A stretch of DNA of 63,422 bases, filler included, from Blastocystis sp. subtype 4 (GCF_000743755.1; 7 parts of 7 records of this genome joined end to end with filler, not necessarily neighbours in it), one strand, 5' to 3'. Numbered from the whole stretch's first letter, positions 13,591 through 28,356 are shown. Notes: generated by a model not told the origin, from the letters alone. Translations and numbers: made by a program.

Positions 13591-16035
13591 TTATGTACTT
13601 TTGAAGTAGTTTATCAGACATGCTTCCGTATCTTCGGTTAATTGATTCATAACACTCTCCATTGTTTCCAATTTGGAGCCTAAAAGGACGTTGGCCTCTG
13701 CAAGGACTTCATTCACGGCACTTGCTATAGTAGTTTTCTCAGAGACCTCAATGCGGAACTGAAGGATGTTGTCTCGCAACTTTGTATTTGGGTCCAGCAG
13801 TGCTTCTGGAATTCTATACTCGATGTAAAAGTTATTGTCATTTCCAGAAACGACAGATACTTCTATCGAATGCTTTACTTGCGGTACACTCATGGGTTTT
13901 GATCGTAATGAGCGACGTGAAGAAAGCGACTGTCGGTTCTTACTGTTTTCTGACCTATAGATGTCGGATTTTCCATACCGAAGAACGAAGTGGATGGGAT
14001 ATTGATTCTACTGATAAGAGAAATCAGAAGATACAATGTATTCAAGAAACTCTTGAAAGTGCCAGTTGCTTATCTCCTGCCCACTACTCTTTGCAATAGC
14101 ATTTTCAAGTGATAAAGCCATTGCCTCCGGACTATCGTTTCCTGGATGATACATAAACGACACGGTGACTTGTTGTTTGGATGAGAGGTTGATACAGAAA
14201 GTGACTCGCATTGGAGTATTGAGCATGCTTGCAGTCACTTTATCAATCAAGGGATTATACGCTGCAAGTAATCCACCCTAGTTTTTGAATGAAACAAATA
14301 ACTACATGGTATGAGAGTTGATCCATTGCCGAATCGATGTATTGAAGAATGGTTGTTGATATAGAAGGAGCCATCTCCAAACGGTCGATAAGATGATGAA
14401 TAAGATCAATGAGTGATGTTGTTGCAGGTGTCCATTGAATAGAGACTAGAAATACGTGAAGACGGACATGACTGTCCAGTTCCTCACGCTTCTTAATCAA
14501 CAATTTGATAGAAATTTCAGTTGGAATAAGTACATAACGAAGATATGACTGAGGAAAACTAACAGATGTCATAGGTGACACCATTGGAGATGGCGCTTGA
14601 CGTCTGAAGATGATCGTGAGACATCATACTCACATATCATTCTCAAGAGATTCTGAACTATGATGACTGAATTCAATAGTGATGTCTTCTTCAGGATCTG
14701 AGTGTAGGGATCGCATGACTCTCCTTTTGGGAGTGTTGATGATTAAAGGACTTGACTGACTCTCACCCTCTGTTGATTCCTTAGATAATGAAGCTATTCG
14801 AATTGTTCTCTGATGACGAGGAACCCTCCTAGGACTAGGAAGTACTATATGAGAAATTCAGATGATTTCTACCTATTTCCTTTGTAATGGAGGGCGGTTG
14901 CTGTATTTGGATCTCCATGTTCTCTGATGATAGAATGAATGGGTGTTGAAGAAGCTGTTGAACAGTGGGTCGAATATTCTAGGATGTCATCGACTCATCA
15001 ATCATACTTTCGGCAAAAGACACTTCTCTATGAAATCGAACAGATTTGGATCCACTGTATGAAGAGATACTAGACCTTGGGGTTGTTCTTCCTATGGTAT
15101 ATCCTTTCAATCACCCATACACGGATAATAGCATCAATAATCTCTTCATTAGTTGCATATTCACTGTATCTAAATATCATTCAAATAAGCAACCATAACG
15201 GTTTGGCATTTGTAAGGAAATGAACAATGACCATCCCCAAAGCATAAACATCCACAGCACAACTCCAGTCATTTTCGGCAAACACTTCCTTTGGAAAATA
15301 GCCAACGCAGTCTACTCAGGATTACAAAGAAAACACTACTATCCTTCTTGGCTCGACCAGGAAAGTCGTAATTGTTGATATCAAGGACACGACATAACCA
15401 AGCATATCCACCTAACTTCACACTTCCATCACTGCGAATAAAGAGGATATTATGACATCTGGATTGAATAAAACTAAATACACTTACTGTAAGTGACCAT
15501 GAATAAGAGGGGAAAGAGGGGATTCGTTATGAAGATAATTCAAAGCATTTAGAAGACTCAGCAACCACTTTCGTAGAACTTTTAGTGATATAACACCAAC
15601 AGAAGCAAAAGAGCTACGTTTTACGCAGATCATTTACACTGACTCAACAATACAGTCTGTAACTGCTTCAGTAACATAGACAACACGTTGCTTATCTTTA
15701 TCATACTGGTATGCAAAGCATTTCAATATGATGCTACATCTGATTGACTCAACAATCATACGTTTCATCCTGAATATTCTCTACCATCCTTAAGGCAGAG
15801 AGTAGACAGTGCCGTTCGGGTTGAGTCCAATCCTTTACATCGATTTCTTTCCAAATGAGTTCTTTTCCGTCCCTTTTGGAATATGCGCTGTATCTGGTAT
15901 GAAAGCAAATTGATAGACTAGTACATTGTCATTCCATCAGATTCAGACTTCAACTCGTCCTACATCTTGTCAACCTCATGACAACCTTACTCGATTATAT
16001 GCATCGATTTCATTCTTCTCATCAGAAGATGACAT
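13591..16035 (-). CDS. WNK/NRBP-like (pseudo)kinase, multi-exon
   Basis: IYSAYSKRDGKELIWKEI; LIHGHLQCHNILF; VKLGGYAW; AVDVYAFGM; RPTVQQLLQHPF. Confidence 0.65.
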
Positions 16036-16119
16036 GATCCATAAAACAATTGTCGCTAGAGAACCTTGTCAAAAGAGAAGAAGCAAACGAACTCTCAGAA
16101 GTGTCTGTATTTGGTCTTA

Positions 16120-16487
16120 ATGAGGACATACGAGTCAGTAAAGACGGAACTAAAGGAATTGTTTGAATCCAAGTGGGTTTCAAGGAGATGTATAAGATGT
16201 AGAGGTGAAGTTGTCCAAGATGGATTTCAATATGGTTGCGACTACGTTTTATATTATCGGAATAATGAAAAGCATCAACATGGATATGCGTTGGTGTTCA
16301 TTCATAATCCGATGTCAAAAACGCCTATCAAGAAAGAAATAACCTCGTTTTCTCGAACAGCGTCAATTGTTCACAAGAAGGCATACTATGCTATTTGGAC
16401 TGAAAAGAAAGTTGGAAATGATATTTAATTGCTATGTAGGTAAAAATACTAGATATTGAAAAGAAAAGGAGACGAAGGGAGCGATAG
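16120..16487 (+). CDS. tRNA-splicing endonuclease catalytic-type subunit (SEN2/SEN34-like), short
   Basis: VVQDGFQYGCDYVLY...QHG...SRTASIVHKK, matching the Tyr/His/Lys pattern. Confidence 0.65.
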
Positions 16488-16745
16488 TGGTTGATAGTTG
16501 ATTGTATCTATTCTAATGTATTAAAGGCAATTAATGAAATTTGGAATACTATGGGAATCTTACATCTTCTACCTTCGTAGTGATTAGATATGGTTGTTGA
16601 ATATACATAATAGTTTATCACTATATGTTTGTTCTGATATTGAGTTTTCATTATTATCCTATCATAGTAAAGATACCACGTGATTCATCTTCAGTACAAA
16701 CCCTAATTCACTTCTGGATCGTTCTAAAACAAAACAGTGAATAAT

Positions 16746-18134
16746 ATGGAGCCAGTACCCAGCAAGATGAGAGGAATTGAAGTGCATGAGACAAACGTAC
16801 AAATCACACAACAGTAACAGATAGATGGAAATAAAGACACGAATCCAGAGATTATCACAGCGCCATGCGATAGCAAGCCTAAAGAGTGATCATCCACTTC
16901 AGAAACTTAGTGAATCTGTTTCCAACTGTATTATTTACTAACTAATAGGACATTACCTTGATCCTTCAACTACTAGATACGAACGGAAGAATCAGTTACA
17001 GTCAGTACAAGTCGATTATTAACAGTGAAAAATCCACTATTCCTACAGAAGTGTTTTCTCCCTCTCTCTTCTATCAGCTCCCGTTATATTCTGACAATGA
17101 CTACTGGGTCCGCACTTCAGATGTAGACAACTATCTTCGAGAATACTATTTTATCACTTCTCTTTACGGATCCATTCTGTAGACACGTTCTAATAATAAT
17201 ATTCAGAGAATACTGTAAGGAAAGTGTGAATTCCATCACAAATGAAGAATTGATACAATTCATCAACACTACAATTCGTTCTATATCAATTACCTCTATT
17301 CTAACAGTAAGAGCAAACTCGAGTCCGTTATTCATAGTCCCAATTTCTACAATTCTACACAACACATGTTCACTTATCTCTTCTATTCTTTGAAGACCGA
17401 AACGAACATGAACCAATTCCGTTGATTCCTTTAATTCTATCAGATTCTATGCGGAATTACATGTCCCAAAGCGACACTTATATCGGATATCTTCATCTCT
17501 CTACATCAACCAATTGGTTTACACCAGAAACTGCATTCAAAATCTATGCCCAATTTACAGAACTTGATTCCAATAAGGATGGTCTTTTGAGTTGGAAAGA
17601 TATTATCCCATTAAGTAGACGACAAATAAAACTAATCAGATAGATGGAGGAAAACTAATCCCATCATTTGCCAAGAATGTGATTAAACTTTTAGGAAGTG
17701 GAAACGGTCTGGTAAATACTTGATATTCATCTTATACCCAGAACTATGAGTTATATCTTCGTTTGATGCTAGCCTACTCACATTTACACTTACAACAAGC
17801 ACAACAAGTAGTAAAACGATGAAAAAAATGATATATAGATCATTTTCGAATTACTTGATAAAGACCACAAAGGATATCTAACCCAAGACGAGATCAAAGG
17901 ATTCATTGAAGAATCCATCCAGATTATGGCTCCTCCAATACATATAACAAGTGAAAACTATACACAGGATATTTTTGATCACATTCATCCCCAACATCCA
18001 AACCAGTAGAACTCATAGTGCATAATCATCATAGAATCACGTTAACAGACCTCGTACGGTCAGGGAGTGCAGAAGAGATCCTACAGAATCTCATCAACTC
18101 CTATTCTTTCAAAATAAAAGTGGGAAACAAATGA
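16746..18134 (+). CDS. PP2A regulatory subunit B''-gamma-like EF-hand protein
   Basis: TNWFTPETAFKIYAQFTELDSNKDGLLS and IFELLDKDHKGYL, resembling PPP2R3C. Confidence 0.7.
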
Positions 18135-18240
18135 ATATACTTTGATGTTTCATGAAAAAAGCAAGATAAGAGTAAAAGAGTGAACAAAACATCTAGTACT
18201 ATTCATTTTCTTGAATTATCTTGATATTGAACTGATTTAA

Positions 18241-18340
18241 NNNNNNNNNNNNNNNNNNNNNNNNNNNNNNNNNNNNNNNNNNNNTTAATTAATTAANNNN
18301 NNNNNNNNNNNNNNNNNNNNNNNNNNNNNNNNNNNNNNNN
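18241..18340. other. Artificial contig linker
   Basis: N-TTAATTAATTAA-N. Confidence 0.98.
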
Positions 18341-18430
18341 TACACGTGAGGATATCGTGAAGATTCTTGACAACTCGTGCGGTTCTCATAAGCCTCAGAA
18401 ATACGTCTTTGGACCTGGAGATGAAGTGGA

Positions 18431-20868
18431 ATGTCAGGAGTAGCTTTTCCTAGTGTACATTGATTGTTCCCATTAGTATTCTTTGTTTGTTGACATTTGT
18501 TACTATGCGGAAAACAATACGAATTGTAGTTGTTGGGGATCGTTTGTAGTGTTGGAGGACTCATCACCTAGCTCGTGTTGGAAAGACTTCGATTATTACT
18601 ACATTCATATCAGATCGCTTTCCTGAGAATGTGGATCCTGTTCTTTGTGAAGTCGTCATTCCTCCCGATTGTACAACAAACGGAGCTTCTCTTACTATTG
18701 TTGATTCTTCATGTGATCCTCTCGTCATTGGATTCATTTTTAGCTCTTGAAGACGATCATGAGATTACATGCGAGCAGATACGACTCGTTTGAATTGACA
18801 TCAGTAAACTAACTTTTAGGCTGATGTGATTATTGTTGTGTACTCCATGGATGTTTCTCAGTCCTGGGAGAATGTACAGTCAAAGTGGATTCCTCTCATT
18901 ATGGATATTACTGGAGATGGTTGCAACCCAAAACCTATAGTTGTCGTTGGGAACAAACTGGATCTCCAACAGAATCCAACAACAATTAACAAGAGCACGA
19001 ATTTACACGAACGAGCCGAGCCCTTGTTGGAGAAGTACCCAGTAAGGATATAGGATTCAAGTCAGCTATAGAACATTGAGAGTTGTATGGAATGCAGTGC
19101 CTGTAGTAGGAATAACATCCGTCAAGTGTTCTATATCGCTCAACGTTCCGTTACCTTCCCATCTGCTCCTTTATATGACAAAACTCAGCAGAAACTCACA
19201 GACCGATACGAACGCATTCTTCGGCGTGTGTTCAGGTTTTTCGATCGTGATGGCGATCGTCTGTGGAGCGCTCATGAGATTAATCTCTTTGAGGTATTTT
19301 CTGTCAGAGTTGATGATTTCTAGAAACAGTGCTTCTCAGTTCAACTATCCAATCAAGAAATAGGTTCTCTTATGTATGTCCTTCGTGACACGGGAAAGGA
19401 GACATTTGTTCGACCATTGCCTTCTGCTCCTTCTGTACAGGAGTTGCCTCCCGAAGGATTCACAGAGGAAGGGTTTTTGGAGATGATGCGACTGTTCCTC
19501 CGAAAGGATCGTCCTGAGAGTAATTGGGTGATGTTACGTTCTATGGGGTAGGTGTGAGGAGAGTATGAGACATAGATATGATGATTCACTTCTCTGGAAG
19601 ACAACCTCCGAAAGTCTTTCTATCCAATCACGTAAGCAAGCAGAATTCAATGAGGAGGGAATAGCATGTCTGCTTCACGTAGTTGAATGAATGGGAGATC
19701 CTGAATAGATGGCTCAGATATTTGATTCAAATCATGATGGTTTGCTAACCGTATCTGATCTGAAGGAAATGTTCGCTCCATTGGAAGAGAATCGTCCTCC
19801 TTGGGAAACATGTAATTCCATCTTGTAATCCTTTCCATAAACTCTAATCTCTAGTCTGACTCCTGAGATTCTTGATACCAATTCCTCTACAGAGATGAGT
19901 TATCAAACATTCCTTGGACTTTGGTCATTCCTTCTTCACATCGATCCTCGTTTTACTCTATATTCCCTTCTCCAACTGGGTATTTGGCAGGATTATCATT
20001 CGCTTCTTCGCTGGGTCTCATCCAACCAAGCTGATCGATGTATTGTCCACTGTTGTATTGTTGGAAAGAATGGAGTTGGAAAGTCGTCTCTACTTCAGTA
20101 TCTCCGATCAGGAACGACAGAGGTTGGAGGTATTGGAGCACCCATTCAGACCATCTTATGTCCAGTAAAAAGCGATCCTGAAATGGATCCAAAGACATGG
20201 AACTATGTGATTGTATTGTGCTAGAAAGGAATATATTTATAGGTTACTGAAGTGAATGAAGGGAGTAGCGATGGAATGTGGCAATGCATTAATCAGAGTG
20301 ATTTGTGTGGTGAGTTGTTTCTTGTTCTTCTCATCTAGTCTTCCTTTTTAATGTTACTTCTCCAGAATCCTTCCAGTTCTGTAATGACATTCAAGTGAAT
20401 TCCTCTCTTTCTTTTGATTTGTAGTCTCAGATGCATGATCAGGCCGTTCTGTATATTGGGACACATAAAGATGAACTGGTGACGGTGATTCCTGAGATGA
20501 AAGATGAAATTTAGTCGTTCGACATGACTGATCTTCACACCACTGTCGAGACATATTGCACTCAGTTTGCACTTAAGTACCCCTCTCTTATCTCTTTAAA
20601 GGGCAACTACCCATTGGATCGTCAGGAGTTTATTCAGATGCTCTTTGCAACTGCTGTGAATCCGTTTTAATCAAGTGGATGGATGAACCGTAGAGCTTTG
20701 AGTATTCCTGAGACGGTTCAGCAACGCAGAAGGAGATATGAGCGAATAGCAGCCAAAGTTTCAGTTGCTGTGGGTGTAGCGAGCTGCCGTAGAGAAAAAG
20801 AGCATGATTCATTTGTAGTTATTGGAGCAGCTTTGTATGTTGGGAAAAATGGAATGAAGTTCAAATAG
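18431..20868 (+). CDS. MIRO: Mitochondrial Rho GTPase Miro (GTPase-EF-EF-GTPase-tail anchor), many introns
   Basis: IRIVVVGD, FPENVDPV, KPIVVVGNKLDL, ECSA...VFYIAQRSVTFPSAPLYD, LRRVFRFFDRDGD, second P-loop GKNGVGKS, hydrophobic C-terminus. Confidence 0.88.
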
Positions 20869-20898
20869 TGAGTGTTTGTTCACAATCCTTCTGACAAT

Positions 20899-23825
20899 AT
20901 GCATCTATACAAACGGGAGTATTGCAGAAGATTGTTAAAGCGATACATTATGTTCCTGGGTGCCACTAGACCGGAATGCGGTAGATTGTAGGGTACGATC
21001 CTAAACTAGATGTCTGTAACAAAAAGAAGGATACTGTCTGCTCGTTTGAGAATTGTGCACATCGGGCTTGCTTTGAATGTCAACAGCGCACTGTATGATT
21101 TGATCAAGGGATTATTATCTAGATTCCACGTTGTCCAGTTTGCGGTGTTAAACAAGGGAATATCATAAGTAATTCTGTAGTTTGTTGTGTAAGGGAGTGA
21201 TAGCTATAGAACATGGAGATCATACTTAATAACCTCATGATTATGTCATCGAACGTAAGAGAATCATACTTCTTTCATGTAGGAGTCAATTCGGAATCGA
21301 AAGATGTATTGTTTTTTGGATAGTGTAGATATCGGTGATTGATATCAATGAGATAGAAATTGCGCCAGTTTATCCTCCTTATGAATACGATTAATCGTTT
21401 TGATATAAAAGATTGTCTTACTCTTTTCTTTATTATTGATGAAGCTGATACCAACGTATAGAGTATATTGGGGTATTCCTCTCTAGGTCGTTATTAATAC
21501 GATTTGCTCCTTTCCAGACAATTATTTCGATCAGGATCTAAAGTTTGTTGCATTTGTAGAACGCCTTCGTCCGATCATCTGTTCAGCGGATGGTTCACGC
21601 GATTTAGGCAGCTGTATCTATGACCAAGCAATATCAGTACGTGGGGTAAACAGTTTAACAGCCTGTTTGAACCGAGTTACAGAAGATGAGTCAGGAGCGG
21701 AAACGGTTGAAGTGACAAGTCCTTCTGAAGTGATTGAAGATGAAGAACCATTCTCTTCGGCTCGTTCTTCATTCTCTTCGGATGTTTCCACCAAAGCAGA
21801 GCACTCGGGTTCTGAACTCTCCAGTGAGATAGAAGTCTCGAAACTCCCCAATGCTGGAATTCCAGCTCCCTCTCTGCTGAAGCAATTGGCAGATTCAACC
21901 TGTTTGGTTCAGTTTAGTGAATTGAAAGAAGAAACTGGAATGACATTTGAATTTGCTGTTGTATCAAATCGGAGGTCTACATATATTGGGTGGTTTTACG
22001 CCATGACGCCCATTTCTGGGCTTGGTTACAGTTTTAATAGTGATGGCTCATTTTATATTGGAGAGTTTCTCAATGGAAAGAAGAATGGGTTTGGTCAGTT
22101 TTACTATGATAATGGAAGTCATTATGATGGATACTGGCGAAATGATCACAAGCAAGGAGAAGGTCGTTTCTTCTTTAATAAGGGCTTGTATTATAGTGGA
22201 AAATGGAATGAGAATAAGATGGTGGATTGTAAGTTGGAATTCACATCGTCTGGAAATGATGATATTAATGGTATTTATAGTTGTATTGGTACTCATAATG
22301 ATTACATCTTCTTCAGACAAGCCCAAATCAGTAGGTTTGTTAGAAGAGATGATCAATGATAGATTTGGATGATATTGATATTCCTGTGTTGGAAGAGTTC
22401 TTGAGTACTCCAAGCGGTCATATCTTTTTCGACCCGTCTTTTAATCTGATTGAAGAATTGAACATATCATCTCTGAATAACACTACAAGAGAAATGGCAA
22501 CAACCTTATCACAATTCATCAATCTTCTTTCATCGTTTCCATTTCTTAAATATGTCTCTCTAGCAAGTAGCAATAGAATTCACTTTTCTCAAATAGGTTT
22601 GCCTATTGAATCATTAGTGATACCTGATTATACGCTAAATAATCTAATGATTCTATATATTATTAGCATAATAATACACATGTGATTTACACATAGAATG
22701 TCCTTTTCTCCAAAAGATTGAAATTGGTAAAAATTGTTTAGAAAACCTGGATACGTTACGGATTGCGGATCTTCCTCAGTTAACTTCATTATCTATAGGA
22801 GATGGGTCATTTAGTGATACAAAAACATCACGTCTCTGTATATTTCTATATGTTAATTGATTCTAGTGAATTCTACTGAGAGTCTCGATTGCAAATACAA
22901 GAACAAATCTTTGCTGCTTTCCAGTATTGCTACAATAATCAGATAAATTTTAGATCTGGATTCCTTATTTTCCATCCACTTCGGTCGTTCTTGTTGTACC
23001 TCGATCTATTCGTTCCATTTGAATTCTCTTCCTTCTCTTGCAGTTCTATTCTTTGGAAATGGTTCTTTTCATAACAATCGCTTTTTCACTCTTGATAGTA
23101 TCCTTACATCGATCATCTGACATATAGAACTGGATTCGTTGATTATGCTTGAAGTCGAGAGTAATTGTTTTGAGAATTGTGAAATGCATATTGGTTGTAT
23201 GGTATTCTGATAATCTTGAATGTAGATCTTCCAAAGGTGAATAGTGTGAAGTGCAAAGAGAACAATTTTGGAAAAACCATATCACTGAATCTCCGTCAAT
23301 TACCTTCTCTTGTTGATTTTTCCTGTGATCTTCAATCTTTTACTCATACAGACTTATTACGGGTTGAACGAATGAGGAAACTGGAACTGCTCCGGTTTGG
23401 AGATACTTCCTTTCTTTGTTCGTCGATGCTGTATCTCTTTGATTTGCCTCGATTGAAAACCGTGATTTTTGGTCCTCGCTCTTTTCTTCATGCGTTGACG
23501 TTTCATTTTGGAAGTAAGAGTGATATTCCTGTTTCAGGTAGAGCTACCAGAACTCCAGCAGATCACAATGCAGATGAACAGTGGATATATGCTTCGTACA
23601 ATTATTCTAACACGTATTATTAAAGAAAGGAGGATGATGGAAAGAATTGCCCAAATTGAATGCATATACCATAGAATCACGTGAGAAAGATGCATCGCCT
23701 TTTAAAGACTTAAGAAATGTTATTGTTCAGAGTACGCATTGTTTGAGACTTTGAAAATAGATGTGGATACTGTTTGTCTTGCAGAATTACAACGTTATTC
23801 CAATAACACTTATGTTGTTCCCTAA
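20899..23825 (+). CDS. Cys/His-rich (RING-like) N-terminus + MORN repeats + Blastocystis-type LRR C-terminus
   Basis: CAHRACFEC; FYIGEFLNGKKNGFGQFYYDNGSHYDGYWRNDHKQGEGRFF; LPRLKTVIFGPRSF repeats; gene model approximate. Confidence 0.6.
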
Positions 23826-23848
23826 TGTGTTTGTTGTATAATAGAATC

Positions 23849-25803
23849 ATGGCTAGATTTTTTCGATTTTCGGATCTGAAAGCAGCAAGTGAGAAGTATG
23901 TCCATCCGTATATTCGATATTTCAACTTCTATCTTGTTGTGGTTTGCTTAGCCCTGTTTCTGTCCCTTTAGATATTAGTTTTGATTTGTAGACGATGGTT
24001 AGGTTTGCGTTATTTAATTATTTCCCTCTTTGTATCGTATTGTACTCTAAAGTACATTTTTTCGATTATTCGGAAAGTGGACACCTATTTCCATACGAAT
24101 GTAACGTCGGTCATTGAAGATAATACAGTCTTTTATGAAGGATCCTTCATTGCGGATCTGCAGAGGTTTGTTTCTTGTGTCTTCATGATTATTAGTGCGC
24201 TTAATATTATTGTGACACTCCTTCTTCCCCACTTCTCCAGTATCTTGAATCTCCCACTCCCTCAGTTGTTAACTGGTATTATAGACGCCGTGAAGATTCA
24301 GGTACAGCTCATTAATATCGGTAATTCATAGAAACCAATTGAGTATCATGGAAAGCTCCTGGATCTCAATAGTTCTCTTCCTCAAGAGATAAAACACTAC
24401 AGCAAAATGATTGTTGGTGCATATGGGAAGAAATTTAATCTCAAACAAGACATAAATCCATCAACCGAAGTTCTCTCCAAAGTGAATCTCAATGAATTAT
24501 CTTCTGTTCTCGATATCCAAATGGGTGACGAAGCGTATGTTGAATTCCTTCTCCAACATTCTAATCTCGAAGTGGATGATTTGTTATATTGTTGCTTTGA
24601 AGGTGACACTCTAAAAGCAAAGAGTGGAGTAGAGTTTCACAGTCCTCCATTGTTTATTCTCCGTGATTCGTCAACTAAGAGTATTGTAGTGTTGATTCGA
24701 GGAACACAGAATTTGAATGACATTGTTATTGATATCTATGGTACGAATATGAAGTGGGAAGAAGGATATGTTCATGAAGTGAGAATGATGAGGATGAGTG
24801 ATGATCAGGGCATGGGCATGATTGCTAAGTGGATTGCAACTGACAATTTGATTATGACTACACTTCAGGAAGCATTAGATAGTCATCCTGATTACACTTT
24901 GAAGGTTGTAGGTCATTCGTTAGGAGCTGGAATTGCTGCATTGACTGCAATCTATTGGAAGAATCACAAGACGTTCCGACGGTACGAGAAAACAACAAAA
25001 AATCGACTGTTTATGCGATGTTTTGCGTATGCTCCTCCTCCAGTACTGTCTCAGGAGATTAAGGAGAAGGGTGTTGGATATGTGTATTCGATTGTCAATG
25101 AGGATGACATTGTACCACGACTTAATGTAAAATGTATTTATGAAGCATTGAATGAGGTTAATTTGAAAGAGGGATCTTATATGTAGATTCAGAGTTGTGT
25201 GAAAGAGACTGATACGAAACATGATCCAACTTTGACTTCGGAAAAGCGTCATTTGCGAGAGTCGCTTCGACATATCTCGCATGTTCGTGAAGATTCAAGT
25301 AAGATTGGGTGTAGTGATGAACTGAAGAAGATGAAGATAATGGAGTGTCGATTCGAGTGAGTTCCACGTGGAGTTCGCAATACAATACGATTTCGACAAA
25401 GACAAAGGAGATTGAGAAGATGTTTAAGCAAAAGAAGAGTCGTACTGGAAAACCTGTTTCCTCGATTTATGGGGATTTTGTTCTTCCAGGATCCATTTAT
25501 CTTCTTCATCCATATATTGGCAACAAAGAGTCGTATCAACAATATGAAACAGCCAAAAGTTCGCTAATTTCGGTAGAGATACATGGAATGAATATAACAT
25601 AGTCATGGAAGACAGTTTCGAAACTATTTGCAGAAAATATCATTTCTCCTGCTCCAGGCATTATGTGCTTTAAGTCAGAAGAACAGTTTCCACAGATTAT
25701 GCGTCTTTCTCCTTATCTTTGTAGTCATCATAACTTCCGTGTCTATGAAAAGAGTATCGATAGAATATTAAGCAATAATGAAATTATTGTCCCCCCAAAA
25801 TGA
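23849..25803 (+). CDS. Class 3 lipase with N-terminal TM helices (DAG-lipase-like)
   Basis: IVVLIRGTQNLNDIVID, VVGHSLGAG, CFAYAPPP, IVNEDDIVPRL. Confidence 0.85.
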
Positions 25804-25866
25804 TATGCTTTAGAATCTGTGTGAACCATGTTTGTTTGTTCGAATTCCTTTATATTTTGATTAGTC

Positions 25867-27093
25867 ATGAAAAATCTACCATATCCTCCAAAAGTGATAT
25901 TCGGTACAAAACCATTTGTGTTTCACTTTTTCTTGTTTGATGATATCAAGATCTTCTCTGCGTGTTGCACTCGTCGTGGGAATATACTGGATCACGAGTT
26001 GGGCCGCTGTCTTTGTAAACAAGTAGGTGTGAATGTCGACAGCACATGGATAATCTTATAGATTTGTATATAGCCACATGAATACAACTTTCTCTGCGCC
26101 ATATTTCATTACTCTTCTTGAGTTTGCTTCTCCCACTATCGCTCTTTATGCTATTTCGGCTATTAACTCTCGAAGGAAATGGATCCGTTCGTTTCCTACT
26201 ATAGAGTATCTGTACTATCATAGTTTACCCTAGATTCTCAGTAGCTACAGCAAAGAGAGTTTTTCCTTTATCTGTTCTCTTTTGCATGACTGTGACAATG
26301 AGTAACTTGTGTTTGAAGTATGTGGAAGTCTCTTTCTATCAAATCTCTCGTTCATTGGGAATTCCGATGATTCCATTAATAAAGTACCCTTCATTCGTTC
26401 ACACTTATCCCTAGTTACATTCTTTTTGGGGAGAAATCGACCTGGCAAACGGTTCTTTCGTGCATTACGGTAGTGATCGGATATATCGCTGGTGTTGAAG
26501 GCGAGATTAACTTCTCATTGCGAGGAACACTTTTCGGTCTTGGTGCAAGTCTTGTTGGGACTTTCTACACAATCTATCTCCACCAATATCTCACAAGTAT
26601 TGTTACCGATAGCTGGGTTCTGTCCTTTTATAACAATTTCAATAGCTCTCTTATTATGTGTTTGATAACTTTAGTAACTGGAGAAGAAATGGTTCTGCGA
26701 TCTCATCGAGCTGAACTTACACCGACCTTTTTCTTGTGGACATCCATTGGTAGATACTGGATGTGATGATGAGGTGTAGCTGGTTTGATTGGTCTCTTAG
26801 TGGGATTTACGACTCAACTACAGATTAAAATGACAAGTAGTCTGTCTCATAACATATCTGGAGTAATGAAAAATTGCATCCAGACGTTCATGGGCGCTGC
26901 GATCTATAGAACCCCCATGACATTCAAAGGAGTCTGTGGCGTCTTGCTTGTGGTTGGAGGATCGTGCTCCTACGCTCTAGAACGGATTCGAATCAACTCC
27001 AATAACGAGAAGACCGAAAATGAGAGAATTAAGTTGATCAGCAAGGATGTCGAAAAGGATGAATTACTGGAAGCCTCTGTTGTTGATGAATAG
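25867..27093 (+). CDS. Nucleotide-sugar transporter, GDP-fucose transporter (SLC35C1)-like
   Basis: NLCLKYVEVSFYQISRSL; QIKMTSSLSHNISGVMK. Confidence 0.8.
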
Positions 27094-27186
27094 CATTGCA
27101 TTCTTGTTTGTTCAACAGAAATTGCTAACAAACATATAGTATCAGGATTAACAGCTCCCAACCATTCGATTGGTGATTCAACCCAC

Positions 27187-27316
27187 TTAGAAGTAGATCT
27201 GCTGAGAAGGACCCATTGTGGACTTGATGTAGACAACCTTGATGTTCTGCCACTTCTTCTTCAGAAGAGAGACAAGGAAGTTGCAAGAAAGAACAATGTT
27301 GCTCTTCAACTGATCC
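27187..27316 (-). CDS. RPL10A: 60S ribosomal protein L10a (uL1), 3' end
   Basis: [31 protein letters not shown]. Confidence 0.92.
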
Positions 27317-27416
27317 NNNNNNNNNNNNNNNNNNNNNNNNNNNNNNNNNNNNNNNNNNNNTTAATTAATTAANNNNNNNNNNNNNNNNNNNNNNNNNNNN
27401 NNNNNNNNNNNNNNNN
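27317..27416. other. Artificial contig linker
   Basis: N-TTAATTAATTAA-N. Confidence 0.98.
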
Positions 27417-27628
27417 CACCTCCACGTCCACCTCGACTTCCTCCAAACCCGCCTCTTCCTCGAGATCCGTCATCTACAAGATGTGAGTCATTCTGAAAAG
27501 TGCAATGGCCATTTGTTTGTCTTTAAAGCAACAATACATACTGAAACCCATTATAGAAGGGATAGTTGTCGATATTTGAACAAACAAATGAAACTTGCCC
27601 CATTCTTTTCGCAAACATGGGGATAGTA

Positions 27629-28356
27629 TCAATAGTTTTTCAATTCGACTCTAGAAACACCTTTCTTATGATCTCGTTTAAGTGGAGGCGGAGGGATGAC
27701 GGGAATCGAGCATGTCTCTGCTGATTGCATTCGTTCTTGTCGTTCCTTTAGCTTTTGCTGAAGATATTCAACAGAAACACAGCAAGAAGGATTTGAACGT
27801 TCCAGAGAATATTCTGGAGAGGTTTCAGTATCAGGCGTAGGTTCTTCTTGTTTCTGGATTGTCAGTACTTCGTACCATTGGTCCGTTTGTGCTATACTGT
27901 GGAATCGGAATTCGTACTGCAAGGTAGGTTACAAGAAGATCCTACGTTCCGATGTGTAACAATCCGGATTATTTGAGGTGATTCTCTTTCAACGAGCATG
28001 CAAGATAGTTCAAGGATGTTGATAGGGAATTCCACCTTACCTTCTCTCCTTCCCGATGTGTCTACGGGTTGTCGGAAGATGAATAAGCGTTCTCCATAAA
28101 GGCGAAGAAAGCGATTGGCCCAGTGGTGTTTTCCTTTCTTTTCGGCTGTGGATTCGAATTCTCTATGAGGAATTTTTCCATTCATAACATACATTTTGAA
28201 GAATGTTCTGTGGAGCGAAGTTGGTTGTTGTTGAATCGTATCTAGTAGTTATCAAAGCTTGGATATCCGACTGTTTAAAACAGTACATAGCTGGATACAC
28301 TTCGTAGCATTAAGAGTAGTTAGATGAATGGGAGTGCGGGAACTAGGATGAATCAT
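27629..28356 (-). CDS. PH-domain protein
   Basis: EKKGKHHWANRFLRLYGERLFIF...YEFRFHSIAQTDQWYEVL. Confidence 0.65.
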
